A DNA stretch of 59,560 nucleotides from a bacterium (GTDB lineage: Bacteria; Patescibacteriota; Minisyncoccia; Phycocordibacterales; UBA6899): the NCBI GenBank assembly GCA_021851895.1, contig JAJZQJ010000009.1:1-59560 (forward strand). Reading direction: 5' to 3'. The number at the start of each line of letters is the position of its first letter. Position 1 is the first letter of the stretch. Position numbers and translations under genes: made by a program. Below are positions 57,738 through 59,560 of this stretch, one piece after another. The notes under the pieces were generated by a model that saw only the letters and a program-made list of their open reading frames with translations, was not told the DNA's origin and did not search any database.

Positions 57738-57849
57738 ATATTTTTGACACATTGAGGCTCACGCTTCGGCAAAGTCGCTCGTCACCGTACAATCCGTACG
57801 ACTCCGACGGTCCTTCGCCTCCAGCGAGCCCCACTGTATTCAAAAATAT
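57738..57849 (+). promoter_or_regulatory. Long hairpin in the rpsL 5' leader (REP-like core)
   Basis: ATATTTTTGA..GGCTC / GAGCC..TCAAAAATAT arms with a CGTAC-aatcc-GTACG core. Confidence 0.55.
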
Positions 57850-57933
57850 TTTGCGCTGAATAAGACCGTAAGGTCATATTTCGTCTCTTTGAGAGGAAAT
57901 ATTTTACTTCAAGTTAATTCAATAATCTGGCTC

Positions 57934-58350
57934 ATGCCAACACTCAATCAATTGAAGCGTAAGGCCCGCAAGGCGCCTGTTCGCAAGTCAAAGACGGTGG
58001 CTCTCGGTCGTGGTTTCAACGCGATCAAGAATCGTCCGAATGACTATGCATCACCATTCAAGCGTGGTGTATGTACGAAGGTTTCTACAAAGACTCCACG
58101 TAAGCCTAACTCAGCTATCCGTAAGATCGCACGTGTGCGCCTTACGAATGGTATGGAGATCACAGCCTACATCCCAGGTATGGGACATAAGCTCCAGGAG
58201 CACTCAGTCGTCGTCGTTCGCGGTGGTCGCGTGAAGGACCTCGGTCTTCGTTATACGATCGTTCGCGGTCGCCTTGATGCCTCAGGTGTCGAGAAGCGTA
58301 TGCAGGGTCGTTCATTATATGGTGCTAAGCGCCCAAAGGCAGCTAAATAG
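57934..58350 (+). CDS. rpsL: 30S ribosomal protein S12
   Basis: [32 protein letters not shown]. Confidence 0.98.
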   Translation: MPTLNQLKRKARKAPVRKSKTVALGRGFNAIKNRPNDYASPFKRGVCTKVSTKTPRKPNSAIRKIARVRLTNGMEITAYIPGMGHKLQEHSVVVVRGGRVKDLGLRYTIVRGRLDASGVEKRMQGRSLYGAKRPKAAK

Positions 58351-58516
58351 TACTCATCTTTGGCGTATTTGACTGATGTTCAGTCGTACGGCTCCCGCAA
58401 AGGACTTCTATGTCCATTTTGGTCGCCGTCCTCCTTCCACATCAGCCAACTACATCCAAATCTGAGCACTATTTCAGTGTCCAGTTTGGAGCCAAAAACT
58501 CTAACTCAAAAATATT

Positions 58517-58987
58517 ATGCGTCGACCAGTAAAGAATCGTAATATCCGCCAGCCGGATTTCAAGTACAACTCTCTCGATATCGCACAGCTCGTGAATTAC
58601 GTGATGTGGGATGGAAAGAAGACCATCGCAGAAGCAGTCGTCTATGACTGTATGGATGAGATCGCGAAGAAGGCTAAGGTTGAGAATCCTGCAGAGGTCT
58701 TGAAGACCGCAATCCAGAACGCAGGTCCATTGATCGAAATCCGCTCACGCCGCGTTGGTGGTGCAAACTACCAGGTTCCCCGTGAGGTTCGTGATGAGCG
58801 CCGTCGTTTCCTCGCTCTCCGTTGGATCATCGGTGCAGCGCGTGCGAAGAAGGGCGTCAAGATGGCGTCAAAGCTCGCAGACGAGATCATTGCAGCATCG
58901 AAGAATGAAGGTGAGGCTATTAAGAAGCGCGACAATGTGCACAAAATGGCTGAAGCAAATAAGGCGTTCGCGCACTTTGCTTGGTAA
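58517..58987 (+). CDS. rpsG: 30S ribosomal protein S7
   Basis: SRRVGGANYQVP, HKMAEANKAFAHF. Confidence 0.98.
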   Translation: MRRPVKNRNIRQPDFKYNSLDIAQLVNYVMWDGKKTIAEAVVYDCMDEIAKKAKVENPAEVLKTAIQNAGPLIEIRSRRVGGANYQVPREVRDERRRFLALRWIIGAARAKKGVKMASKLADEIIAASKNEGEAIKKRDNVHKMAEANKAFAHFAW

Positions 58988-59020
58988 TAAAAATGAACCC
59001 TTAATCAGGGTTCATTTTTA
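58988..59020. terminator. Intrinsic terminator after rpsG
   Basis: TAAAAATGAACCC-ttaatca-GGGTTCATTTTTA. Confidence 0.8.
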
Positions 59021-59187
59021 TTACCAAGAGCGCGAACGCGTTGTTTGCTTCATCCATTTTTGTTCCACAGTATGTTTGCGGCACTGGCCTTTTTCTCGTG
59101 ATCGTCTGCTTTTCGCTTTCGCGGTACCATTGTACCGCTTCAAGCTCCAAAGCTAGACGCTGACATTATATCGTCATCGATAAAATA

Positions 59188-59267
59188 GAAAGGGGTCGGG
59201 AAAACAACTGTTTTCCCGCGAAGGAAGGCAGCGAGTCTTCGAGCGTCGGAAAACCGTGGGTTTTCGA
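59188..59267 (+). repeat. Structured element, copy C (partial, no adjacent tRNA)
   Basis: GAAAGGGGTCGGGAAAACAACTGTTTTCCCG..GCAGCGAGTCTTCGAGCGTCGGAAAACCGTGGGTTTTCGA matches copies A and B with compensatory changes. Confidence 0.8.
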
Positions 59268-59406
59268 GGAGTAAATATTTCTCAGTGTTTCATTGTGTGG
59301 GGTATGTGAAATGCAAATTGATTCCTTCGCTGTTTCATGGTGTTCATTACCTGACTGCGAAAAATCCAAAACGAAAGTATGGGATCGGCTATGCTATACT
59401 TTTGTC

Positions 59407-59560
59407 ATGAAGTTTTTTTCTCGTCGAGGTTTCACATTGATCGAGCTGCTCGTCGTTATTGCGATCATTGCGTTGCTCTCGAGTGTCATATTGTCAGTGA
59501 TGACCTCTGCGCGCGTGAAGTCTCGCGATGCCGCGCGTCTTGCGAACGCGCATCAGTTGA
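59407..59560 (+). CDS. Type IV pilin (5' part, truncated by window edge)
   Basis: MKFFSRRG|FTLIELLVVIAIIALLSSVIL..AR.KSRDAAR. Confidence 0.9.
   Translation, partial: MKFFSRRGFTLIELLVVIAIIALLSSVILSVMTSARVKSRDAARLANAHQL

Overview
Bacterial chromosomal window, genetic code 11, that I infer to be Patescibacteria/CPR (Parcubacteria-like). The inference rests on gene content and style: RNase Y, TrmB-family regulator, class II RNR, split ComEC, type IV pilus genes, a UvrD-nuclease fusion, and mostly monocistronic genes with hairpin terminators and apparently leaderless starts. It holds a probable oriC (DnaA-box cluster, ~300-715) with a parS cluster overlapping yraN, three tRNA genes, housekeeping genes (nth, hup, rny, clpP, tig, nusA, ppa, tpiA, pgk, nrdJ, rsmE, recJ, rnhA, rpmB, rpsL, rpsG), pilus/competence genes and several orphan ORFs. 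The most notable signals are: (1) each tRNA is followed by terminator + antisense copy of its own 3' end + a structured element, and one element family has three copies with compensatory changes; (2) a ~570-nt highly structured non-coding transcript opposite the trmB-like gene; (3) a secreted GH19-GH18-peptidoglycan-binding fusion in which both glycoside hydrolase domains lack their catalytic acids. All calls come from reading motifs by eye; no database search or folding program was run.
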